Source of the DNA: Pyrinomonadaceae bacterium
Lineage (GTDB): Bacteria > Acidobacteriota > Blastocatellia > Pyrinomonadales > Pyrinomonadaceae
DNA length: 27,451 nucleotides
NCBI GenBank assembly: GCA_041498935.1
Contig: JBGQJH010000001.1
Location: 1 to 27,451 of the forward strand
Reading direction: 5' to 3'
The notes under the pieces are model-generated. The model had not been told where the DNA came from and did not search any database. It saw only the letters and a list, made by a program, of their open reading frames with translations. Both the position numbers and the translations under genes were made by a program. Positions 1 through 7,885 of this stretch are shown piece by piece; the first letter of the stretch is position 1, and each line of letters starts with the position of its first letter.

Positions 1-162
1 CATCGCGCCGCTGAAAACGACATTACAGTGGAAACGTGGAAGACGACGAGGTTTCGGCCGTCCTATCCGGGATTTGAAGTTGACGTCGTGGACGCGCGCG
101 GAAGATCGGTTCAGGGAAACACGAAGCTCGGCACGGTAAGGGGCAGCTACAAAAAGAAGTGA
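1..162 (+). CDS. 3' end of a hypothetical protein (partial, runs off the window start)
   Basis: Frame +1 is open from base 1 to TGA 160-162: HRAAENDITVETWKTTRFRPSYPGFEVDVVDARGRSVQGNTKLGTVRGSYKKK. Not in the ORF track because no start codon is in the window. Confidence 0.6.
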   Translation, partial: HRAAENDITVETWKTTRFRPSYPGFEVDVVDARGRSVQGNTKLGTVRGSYKKK

Positions 163-248
163 ATCGTAAATCGTAAATGGTGAATAGAAAAAGCAATCGT
201 GAGAGATTCGCGTGCTGCGCGCACCCTTTACGATTTACTATTTACGAT
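163..248. repeat. Intergenic inverted repeat built of 7-bp units (ATCGTAA)n ... (TTTACGA)n
   Basis: atcgtaaatcgtaaatggtgaa (163-184) is inverted against tttacgatttactatttacgat (227-248), between two convergent genes. A second heptamer run (ctgtttg/ctgtcta/ctgctta) follows at 251-287. Confidence 0.75.
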
Positions 249-285
249 ACGCTGTTTGCTGTCTACTGTTTGCTGCTTACTGCTT

Positions 286-1905
286 TTATTGCACTACAGT
301 AAATTTCGCCGAAGGCGCGAGCGCCTGGCCCGAGACGCGATCGCGAATGCGAATCGACAACTCATACTCACCGGGCGCCAACTGTCGCGTGTCGATCAGC
401 CGGGCCAGCGTCAGGCGTTGGCCTGAATCGCTCAGGCCGCGCCAATCTTCCGCTTGCTTGCCAAGCTCCTTGCCGTCTTTCAGTAATGCATATTCGACAT
501 CGACCGAAGGCCGCAGCGTCGTTTGATCAATCCCGGCGTTGTAAACTTGCAGGTAAACTCCGACCGGTTGCCCCTTCTGATAGACTCCCGAAACGTTCGG
601 AATCACTTTTGTCTGCCCGATGACGAATTGTCCTACGGCCGGTTGATCGATCAGACTTTCCAACTTAGCGGCCAGCACCAGGGTGGAGGTGGAAAGCTTC
701 TGGGCATCGTATCTGGGAACCGTAAAACCGACGTGTCGCACGCCAGTGGCACCGGAGGCGACATCGCGGACGATAACATCAACCTTGTAAGTTCCCGGCG
801 CGAGCGCCACAGCTTTCTGGTAAGCAGACTTGCGGTCTTTAGCATCGTTGAGTTCTTCAGTAGTTGCCGTCGTGATCACTGGGTCTTCAAACACACCGGC
901 ACGACGACCGGCCACTGATGTGATTCTTCCAAAGATGTTAATTCGGGCCTGCAATAGTCCACCGCTGTCCTGGAACACCAGATCCTTGTTCGAAGTTTGA
1001 ATAGTCAGCGCGGTGATGACCCGCTCGTCTGACTGGCGGAAGAAGTCGACGCGAACGTCGAAGTTGAGCGGATTGTCTTCGATGGTCGGGGTATTGACGT
1101 TCGATGCGAGGTCGTTAAATTTTACCTGCGGCGCCCGGCTGAGATCGGCCAGCAACTGCAAGCGCGAGAAGGGACTGTCTTGTTCGCGCTGATAATTTGC
1201 CGTCCCGACACCCCCGAGCCCGCTGATGCGATCGCCTTTATTAGACAGACCCAGTTGTTCTGAGAGCGTTAAGCCCGCTCCCGGAATATTTAGGAGCGCG
1301 TCTTTTTCATTCGGATTGCGCGCGATGCGATACTCGCCGCTGCCTGTCGGATCGACAAACTCGATCTCCACGCCGGAACCTACACCCGCAAGATAACGAT
1401 AGAACCAGGTTTCAAAAGGATAGGTTGAGGTGGAGCCGCCACCTTCGTAGGAGGGGCGATCGTATTGTCCGCCCATCGGGTGAGTTTCGCGTTCGTCAGG
1501 CTTGCCATACATGATCCAAATGCGTCCGCGATCGGATTTCCAACCCGGCAGCCCGGAAGCAAAGTGCTCATTGGCGTAGGCGATGCGCTCGTAGTATTCC
1601 TCTTTGAACTCATTTTCATCAGTGTCGGGGTCAGGATCGCGCCGGCGCCAGAATTCTTCAATAAACCTTTCCCGTTCGTCGTCGGTGGCGAGTTTCTTAA
1701 AAGCCTTTCGCTCTTCGTCAGTAATGATGTAAGTGACGTCCTTCTCCAGCCAGTCCTTGTAAGCCTTCTTAAGTTCCGGCTTCACATTGCGGGGTTTGTC
1801 CATAGGATCCTGGCTTTGCCGAGGGTCCTGCGCCACCCCAGGCAAGCTGGCGCCGACGAGAACGAAGGGGAAAATGGCCAAGCGAAGAGCGGCTTTGTAA
1901 GACAT
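286..1905 (-). CDS. GWxTD domain-containing exported protein
   Basis: Signal peptide (..SLPGVAQ). Helical N-domain with FIEEFWRRRDPDPDT..EYYERIAYANEHF and the signature GWKSDRGRIWIMYGKPDE. C-terminal beta-rich Ig-like region. Confidence 0.9.
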   Translation of the reverse strand: MSYKAALRLAIFPFVLVGASLPGVAQDPRQSQDPMDKPRNVKPELKKAYKDWLEKDVTYIITDEERKAFKKLATDDERERFIEEFWRRRDPDPDTDENEFKEEYYERIAYANEHFASGLPGWKSDRGRIWIMYGKPDERETHPMGGQYDRPSYEGGGSTSTYPFETWFYRYLAGVGSGVEIEFVDPTGSGEYRIARNPNEKDALLNIPGAGLTLSEQLGLSNKGDRISGLGGVGTANYQREQDSPFSRLQLLADLSRAPQVKFNDLASNVNTPTIEDNPLNFDVRVDFFRQSDERVITALTIQTSNKDLVFQDSGGLLQARINIFGRITSVAGRRAGVFEDPVITTATTEELNDAKDRKSAYQKAVALAPGTYKVDVIVRDVASGATGVRHVGFTVPRYDAQKLSTSTLVLAAKLESLIDQPAVGQFVIGQTKVIPNVSGVYQKGQPVGVYLQVYNAGIDQTTLRPSVDVEYALLKDGKELGKQAEDWRGLSDSGQRLTLARLIDTRQLAPGEYELSIRIRDRVSGQALAPSAKFTVVQ

Positions 1906-2059
1906 AACTAAACTCCTAATAACGCTAATGCGAACGTTTGCTGGAACTGAAACGAGACACGACCATGAATCTGGCTCGATGCGGAAACTAAAGGATTCTA
2001 GGGTTCCCAGGGGACACAGTCAAGATGCCGCAAATGCGGCCTCAAGTTGCCTTTTTTGA

Positions 2060-2084
2060 GATCTCAGATTTGGGATCTGAGATC
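2060..2084. repeat. Perfect 10-bp stem hairpin just downstream of tatC
   Basis: gatctcagat-ttggg-atctgagatc. It has no U-tract in the tatC direction, so it is a REP-like or stabilising hairpin rather than a canonical terminator. Confidence 0.6.
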
Positions 2085-2088
2085 TGAA

Positions 2089-3159
2089 TCAAACTGCCGT
2101 TCTGGGGCGGCTAAATATCCAGGCTACAAATATGGACACAATGTAGAGAACAATCATCGGCGCAGCGAACAAGAGCATGTTGGGAATATCGTTAGTGGGC
2201 GAAAGAACGGCCGCGGCGATCAGAATTACGATGAGCGCCGTCTTCCAAATCTTTATCAGAAACTTCGCGGTCACCAGGCCGATCCGTGCCAGCACATAAG
2301 TAATTGCCGGCATTTGAAAAACCACCCCCATGCCTAACATCACAATGATGATGAAATCGAAGTAGTCGTCTGCCTTTAACAAGAGCCGGAAATCCTGACC
2401 CAACCCGAGCAGATATTTCGCCGCCGGCGGAAAGATTATTTTGTAGGCGAACCAGGCGCCAACCACGAACGAGATCGAGGACAGAACTATGAAAGGGGTG
2501 ACGTAAGCGCGCTCGTGCGGATAGAGGCCAGGCGAAACAAACGCCCAGATTTGCCACAGCAGGAATGGTATCGACAAACAGACTGCCGCATATAGCGAAA
2601 CCTTAACGTAGAGAGAAAACGGCTCAATCGCGCTCGTGACGATTAGCTTGTCGTTAACACCGGTAATTGCCGCCGGCAACGCCGTGAAGTCGACCGGAAG
2701 TCGCACGCCTTTAGGAATGATAGTAGCGCCGGCATATAGCGGTTCGTCAGTAAAAAGTCCCAACACTCCCTGGGAATCTTTTGCGACTCGCGCCGCAACC
2801 GAAACGCCGGCAGGAATCACACTGGTTCCGAACTTTGTTTCCTCCGGAAAGATGTAGCGGCCGACGTCGTTCTCCTTAACGGAAGTCAACGGCAGGATCT
2901 TCTCGCTACCAGTCAAGCCGTTGATCGACACCTGGCGTCTTTGTGCTTGGGCAAGCGCGTGCTCGACCGGCAGAGCCAGAAAAGCGTAGATGCGATCGGA
3001 GACAAACCAGCAAACTGTGGCTGCCAGAAATACGAATGCGATCGAGCGAATCAGACGGCTACGGAGTTCGTCCAGATGTTCGAGGAAAGACATCTGGCCG
3101 CCGAGATCTTCTTCCTTGCCATCCCCTGTTGTGAGTGTTCTAAAAAACGTTGACATCAA
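2089..3159 (-). CDS. tatC: Twin-arginine translocase subunit TatC with a ~100-aa insertion in the first periplasmic loop
   Basis: MSFLEHLDELRSRL, EPFSLYVKVSL, QIWAFVSPGLYPHE, GVVFQMP and LSPTNDIPNM motifs, with multiple TM segments. Confidence 0.96.
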   Translation of the reverse strand: MMSTFFRTLTTGDGKEEDLGGQMSFLEHLDELRSRLIRSIAFVFLAATVCWFVSDRIYAFLALPVEHALAQAQRRQVSINGLTGSEKILPLTSVKENDVGRYIFPEETKFGTSVIPAGVSVAARVAKDSQGVLGLFTDEPLYAGATIIPKGVRLPVDFTALPAAITGVNDKLIVTSAIEPFSLYVKVSLYAAVCLSIPFLLWQIWAFVSPGLYPHERAYVTPFIVLSSISFVVGAWFAYKIIFPPAAKYLLGLGQDFRLLLKADDYFDFIIIVMLGMGVVFQMPAITYVLARIGLVTAKFLIKIWKTALIVILIAAAVLSPTNDIPNMLLFAAPMIVLYIVSIFVAWIFSRPRTAV

Positions 3160-3181
3160 TAGTTATCTTCGTCTAACTAAA

Positions 3182-3619
3182 TCATAACCAGTCGCGCTTG
3201 GACGACGATACAGGCTCGTCAGTTTTGCCATCAGCTTCGTCCAACGCTGAGCCATTCTGAATGGAAGCATGAAGCGCGTCCGACCCTATGGCGTGGCGCG
3301 CTACTGCGCGGTCCGGCGCTACGGCTTGAATGGTTGGCAGCGGTACGGGCTGGTCTGCTTTTTCACGCACTAATATCGAATTCTCCTCAGGCGCCAGGGC
3401 GCCATTAACGACCATCCCCGGGCCGTCAGACTGTTCGATACTAACTTCTCTGTCCCAGGTACGCTTGAAATCTTCAGATGCCCGGCGAAAGTCCGCGAGG
3501 TTTTTCCCCAGCGAACGACTGATCTGCGGCAGCTTGCGCGGGCCGAAAAAAACCAGCGCCATTACTAATATGAAAAGCAGCTCGGTACTGCCAAGTGACT
3601 CAAGAATTAGAAAAACCAC
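3182..3619 (-). CDS. tatB: TatA/TatB-family translocase subunit (TatB-like, long C-terminal tail)
   Basis: LGSTELLFILVMALVFFGPRKLPQISRSLGK = TM helix + GP hinge + amphipathic helix, directly upstream of tatC. GTG start at 3619 is preferred over the ORF-track start at 3718. Confidence 0.88.
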   Translation of the reverse strand: MVFLILESLGSTELLFILVMALVFFGPRKLPQISRSLGKNLADFRRASEDFKRTWDREVSIEQSDGPGMVVNGALAPEENSILVREKADQPVPLPTIQAVAPDRAVARHAIGSDALHASIQNGSALDEADGKTDEPVSSSKRDWL

Positions 3620-3872
3620 TTTCTCAAAATACCTTTCAGCCCTTCGTCTGGAAAAACTTCTATAAGGTTGAAGATTGTAACCCGTGGCCTGACAAACCAG
3701 AAGTAGCAGCCAGTTCAAGCTCCAATGACGCCAGTTAATCTTAAGCTTCGCTTCGCTTTCCCTGCCCCATTCGCTTGCTTGACACTGCTCTAGGTCTCCC
3801 GCAACCTTTTAGCCGGCGACAGTAATCCGAAATGAGTTTGAGGAACCGCAACAGCTTTTCGAAGGTGATTTT

Positions 3873-5570
3873 ATGGCAGCTCCAGTCGACCAGGAGGGAG
3901 TAGCAGCGTCATCGACAGACGCGGAGTCTGGTTCTCTTCAGCGATGGGCTGAAGTGGCGGAAGAAGTCGCTGCCACGACAAAGAAGCTCGAGAAAACTGC
4001 GGTCGTTGGAAATTATCTCCAGCAGCTTGGCGATGCCGACCTGGGACGTGCAGCTCGCTACTTCGCGGGTCACCAATTTGCTCAGCACGATGCGCGGACC
4101 ACTAATGTTGGCGGCAGCATCATCAGCACGGCTTTGAGCGAAGCCACTGGCCTGAGTTTCGCGGAGCTTGGGCCCCTCTATGTGCGGCTGGGAGATGCTG
4201 GCGAAGCGGCGCAGGAAGCTGTTAAAGCAGCGAAGCAATGCCATCGGCCCACAATAAGTCTTGCCGAAACCGAGTCAATCATTGCACGCTTAAGTGAAAC
4301 TCGCGGGATAAAGAATAAGATCGGCTTGTTAACGGCTGTGTTAAGTCGTGCTACGCCGCTCGAGGCGAAGTACCTTATCAAATTGCTGGCCGGAGACCTG
4401 CGCATCGGGCTTAGAGAAGGTCTGGTAGAAGATGCGATCGCGCGGGCTTTCGAGCGGCCGCTATCACAGATCGCGCAGGTAAACATGCTGCTTGGCGACC
4501 TTGGCGAAACTGCGGTGCGCGCGAGGGGGAACGCCTTGCAGGATGTCAACATGCGTCTGTTTCATCCCATTAAGTTCATGTTGGCAACTCCCGCCGCCGA
4601 TCTTGCAGACATCGCGCGGACGATGCCAGGCGAATTTTTCGTGGAGGATAAGTTTGATGGCATTCGGGCCCAGGCCCACACGAAAGACGGACGCGTCACC
4701 ATTTACTCGCGCACCATGGATGAGATCACGCATCGTTTTCCTGAGCTTGTCTTGCCGCTCAAAGATCTCGGGATCGAGGCTGTTATCGATGGCGAAATTG
4801 TGCCGGCTCGCGGCGAGCGAATCCTGCCCTTTAGCGAGCTACAAAAACGCCTGGGCAGAAAGACGATTGGCGAAGACTTGTTGCTTGAGGTTCCAGTGAT
4901 TCTCGTAGCCTATGATCTCCTGTACGTCGCCGGGCGCGTGTTAACCCAAGAATCGCTTGAAGATCGCCGCAAACTTCTGGAGCAAATGATTCCCACGGAA
5001 GGAGTTGTTCGAGTCTCACGGGCGAAGCGATTCGCCGAGGTTGCCGCTCTCGACGACGAATTCAATAACGCGCGTGCCCGAGGAAACGAAGGCCTGATGA
5101 TTAAGAGTCCGGCGTCTTTCTACAAACCGGGAAGACGCGGGCGCGAATGGCTGAAACTAAAGCGGGCGATCGCCACTCTCGATGTGGTTGTCACCGCGGT
5201 GGAAGTGGGTCACGGCAAACGCAGGAACCTACTTTCCGACTACACCTTTGCCGTTCGCCGGTCCGCAGAGGATGATGAGCTCCTGAACATCGGTAAGGCC
5301 TATTCAGGCTTGACTGACGCTGAGTTAAAGGAGATGACGGAGTGGTTTACCCGGCACACAATCAGGGAATTCGCACACGGGAGAGTCCGTCTGGTCGAAC
5401 CCCGGATGGTGATTGAAGTTACCTTTGACCGCGTTCAGGAATCCAAAAGGCACAAAAGCGGTTATGCCCTCCGCTTTCCCAGGATTCTCAGATTACGGCC
5501 AGACAAGAAGCCCAATGAGATTGATACGCTGGAGACGGTTGAAAAGCTGGTGGCAGCGAACACGAATTAG
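3873..5570 (+). CDS. ATP-dependent DNA ligase (DNA-binding + adenylation + OB domains)
   Basis: Motif I EDKFDGIRAQ (adenylated Lys), IDGEIV, YDLLY, EGLMIK, WLKLK, and C-terminal LRFPRILRLRPDK. Confidence 0.95.
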   Translation: MAAPVDQEGVAASSTDAESGSLQRWAEVAEEVAATTKKLEKTAVVGNYLQQLGDADLGRAARYFAGHQFAQHDARTTNVGGSIISTALSEATGLSFAELGPLYVRLGDAGEAAQEAVKAAKQCHRPTISLAETESIIARLSETRGIKNKIGLLTAVLSRATPLEAKYLIKLLAGDLRIGLREGLVEDAIARAFERPLSQIAQVNMLLGDLGETAVRARGNALQDVNMRLFHPIKFMLATPAADLADIARTMPGEFFVEDKFDGIRAQAHTKDGRVTIYSRTMDEITHRFPELVLPLKDLGIEAVIDGEIVPARGERILPFSELQKRLGRKTIGEDLLLEVPVILVAYDLLYVAGRVLTQESLEDRRKLLEQMIPTEGVVRVSRAKRFAEVAALDDEFNNARARGNEGLMIKSPASFYKPGRRGREWLKLKRAIATLDVVVTAVEVGHGKRRNLLSDYTFAVRRSAEDDELLNIGKAYSGLTDAELKEMTEWFTRHTIREFAHGRVRLVEPRMVIEVTFDRVQESKRHKSGYALRFPRILRLRPDKKPNEIDTLETVEKLVAANTN

Positions 5571-5682
5571 GGTTCCAAGCGGTCAACTCCAAACCTGCGC
5601 CGGACGGATCAGGGGGAGATTCACTCAATTTCTCTTGCCATCCCGAGCAATATGAAGGTAGCATGCGCCGTGTCATCGCCCC

Positions 5683-5715
5683 CTTGCCGGGCATACGACG
5701 ATGCAACCCGGCAAG
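5683..5715. terminator. GC-rich hairpin between the convergent ligase and peptide genes (possible terminator or 3' stabiliser)
   Basis: cttgccggg (5683-5691) pairs with cccggcaag (5707-5715), with an inner cat/atg pair. No clear U-tract. Confidence 0.4.
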
Positions 5716-5793
5716 TCGCGCACTAACTCAAAGGCAGCGCGTGACCCAGTCACGACAGATTTGAAATCTGGACTTGTTAGAGGTCGGCTTGTT

Positions 5794-6021
5794 CTAGAAG
5801 ACCGAAGCCAGCGCCCACATAATGTCCGCTAAGGCTGGGAGACCGATGTCCGTATCCAGTGCCGAAACTATGACAGCCGGTTCGGGCGTTATGTCCGGAG
5901 TATTACTGCCACCAGTGACTGGGCAAGGCTTCCCCGGCGTTTCGATGTCACCAGCATACGCTGGAACACTGAGTGCCAAAGCAAGAATTGCTGCGGTGCA
6001 GATCGCTTTCAGGGTTTTCAT
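5794..6021 (-). CDS. Small secreted peptide (75 aa; candidate signalling peptide precursor)
   Basis: MKTLKAICTAAILALALSVPAYA|GDIETPGKPCPVTGGSNTPDITPEPAVIVSALDTDIGLPALADIMWALASVF. Basic n-region, hydrophobic h-region, A-Y-A cleavage site. ATG 6021 has an upstream ggag and lies downstream of a predicted promoter, so it is preferred over the ORF-track start at 6177. Confidence 0.8.
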   Translation of the reverse strand: MKTLKAICTAAILALALSVPAYAGDIETPGKPCPVTGGSNTPDITPEPAVIVSALDTDIGLPALADIMWALASVF

Positions 6022-6112
6022 GGTTTGTTCTCCAAATTCAGTTTTGTAGGGTTGGTAAAGGCAGTTGATCACGAAGATGGAAGTCCAACTGCAGGCTCTT
6101 TTAACGAGGCGC

Positions 6113-6141
6113 ATAATAGCCGCCTCCCAGACTTCATGCAA
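6113..6141 (-). promoter_or_regulatory. sigma70-like promoter of the peptide gene
   Basis: Minus strand: TTGCAT (6141-6136), 17 nt, TATTAT (6118-6113). Confidence 0.6.
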
Positions 6142-6153
6142 GATTTCTTGCAT
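6136..6153. promoter_or_regulatory. 18-bp palindrome, candidate operator
   Basis: ATGCAAGA-TT-TCTTGCAT has perfect 8-bp arms. It overlaps the peptide-gene -35 and the CATAAT (6151-6156) possible -10 of the regulator gene. Confidence 0.55.
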
Positions 6154-6177
6154 AATACCTAAAGGGAGTGACCTCAC

Positions 6178-7740
6178 ATGAAATTAGCAGGCTCAATTCC
6201 ACCGTACGATAATGTGCTCGTTTCCAGCCTGAGCGATCGGGCGCTGGCGCTTTGCGCCCGAGCTAAGGATCTCGAGGAGGCGGGCGAGTTCGAAGATGCG
6301 CGGGCAACTATCAGTGAGTTCTGGCAGCGCATAGGCGAGCGTCCACGAGTGGAGGGACTAACCGCAATCGCGCAAGCGGAACTACTTCTCCGTGCCGGTG
6401 CTCTTTCCGGGTGGATAGGTAGTGCAGGCCAGATTTCAGGCGCGCAAGAGATCGCGAAGGACGTTATCTCAGAGAGCGCCGGAGCGTTTGAAAAACTTGG
6501 ACTGGTTGAGCGAGTCGCCGAAGCTCGGATCGACTTGTCGATCTGTTACTGGCGCGAAGGCGCTTTTGATGAGGCTCGCATAACTCTCGATGATGCGCTA
6601 CTGCGACTAGGCGATCTCGACAGCGAGCAGAGGCTCCGGGCTTTCCTGAATAAAGCCATTGTCGAAAAGGTCTCTAATCGATACAGAGAGGCTCTGCGAT
6701 TGCATCGCGAGGCTGCTCCTTTGTTTGAAGTCAGTCGCAACCATGCGCTCAAGGGCAAGTTTCATAATGCATACGCCCTGGTGCTGAAGAATCTGGGTTT
6801 GGCAGAGCACCGAGATGACTATCTGGATCGCGCCTTGATCGAGTTTTCAGCAGCGAGCTTCCATTTTGAGCAGGCAAGCCACCAGCGCTTTCATGGAGTG
6901 GTAGAAAACAACCTGGGCTTCTTGTTTGTTCATTTGGGAAGATTTCAGGATGCTCAAGAGCATCTAAATCGCGCCCGTGCCGTGGCTGTAGCTTTGAAAG
7001 ATCAAGGTTTGGTTGCGCAGGTTGATGATACGCGCGCCCGGGCCTTTATCGCTCAAGGTCAATTCTCCAAGGCAGAAACGATCGCGCAAAGTTCGGTGAA
7101 GGCCCTGGAGGAGGGCGATCAGTTATCTATGCTTGCCGAGGCGCTGACCACGCACGGCACCGCCCTCGCTCGTGTGGGTAGCTTTTCGAAAGCGCGCGCG
7201 GCGCTGGAAAAGGCAATCAGGCTGGCTCTTAACGCCGGGGATCCAGAAAGTGGCGGAGTGGCCGCACTTGCCCTCGCGGAAGAACTGGCAAGGCACCTTC
7301 CGTTCAGCGAACTGCTTGCATACTATCGAATCGCGGAATCGGAATTGATAAACTCGCAGCATCCGGAAATTCAGAATCGGCTCGGCAAATGTGCCAGGCT
7401 TCTTCTCTCAACCCAATCGCTCCAGGCCTCGGAGGACGTCAGCCGTGTTGCCTCTCGATCGAATGGGGGTGGATCGAGTCATTCGCAACTCTCTTCCGAG
7501 CAGGCTGACCCATCAACTTTTTCACTGGAAGCTTCGCTCGAAGCACAAGTGCTTCGTTACGAGGGCGAATTGATCAAGCGTGCCCTGGAGGCGTCTGAGG
7601 GCAGCATCACACGCGCAGCTCGCCTGCTGGGAGTCACTCATCAGGGACTCGCTTTTATTCTCAATGGCCGGCAAAAGAATTTGCTACCGTCGCGGAAGCC
7701 TGCGAAGCCACGCAGGCGAAGCATCATTCGTTATCATTGA
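6178..7740 (+). CDS. TPR-repeat protein with C-terminal Fis-type helix-turn-helix (putative transcriptional regulator)
   Basis: TPR-like helical repeats (VENNLGFLFVHLGRFQDAQEHLNRA; ALTTHGTALARVGSFSKARAALEKA). C-terminal EGELIKRALEASEGSITRAARLLGV is a Fis/HTH_8 signature. No receiver or AAA+ (GAFTGA) domain is visible. RBS aagggag. Confidence 0.85.
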   Translation: MKLAGSIPPYDNVLVSSLSDRALALCARAKDLEEAGEFEDARATISEFWQRIGERPRVEGLTAIAQAELLLRAGALSGWIGSAGQISGAQEIAKDVISESAGAFEKLGLVERVAEARIDLSICYWREGAFDEARITLDDALLRLGDLDSEQRLRAFLNKAIVEKVSNRYREALRLHREAAPLFEVSRNHALKGKFHNAYALVLKNLGLAEHRDDYLDRALIEFSAASFHFEQASHQRFHGVVENNLGFLFVHLGRFQDAQEHLNRARAVAVALKDQGLVAQVDDTRARAFIAQGQFSKAETIAQSSVKALEEGDQLSMLAEALTTHGTALARVGSFSKARAALEKAIRLALNAGDPESGGVAALALAEELARHLPFSELLAYYRIAESELINSQHPEIQNRLGKCARLLLSTQSLQASEDVSRVASRSNGGGSSHSQLSSEQADPSTFSLEASLEAQVLRYEGELIKRALEASEGSITRAARLLGVTHQGLAFILNGRQKNLLPSRKPAKPRRRSIIRYH

Positions 7741-7885
7741 GAGCCGAACCAGGTTCTAGTTTCCGTTCTACCCTCCTGGTATTCCCGTGCGCCAGCGCCC
7801 GGTCAGGGCAACCTCGCGGTGACGTTTGTGCTCTAATTGTCGCTTCAAATATCATTCGTTCGCCAAATCTTTCGGACAATAATCG

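Noticed and set aside
5750-5775. cagatttcaaatctg on the minus strand resembles a tRNA-Sec anticodon arm (UCA)
   Set aside because: Only a 4-bp stem. No T-loop (GTTCGA), D-arm or acceptor stem can be built around it.
6178-7740. Regulator as a sigma54 enhancer-binding protein because of the Fis HTH
   Set aside because: No Walker A/GAFTGA AAA+ module, and no -24/-12 GG/GC site seen in the adjacent intergenic region.
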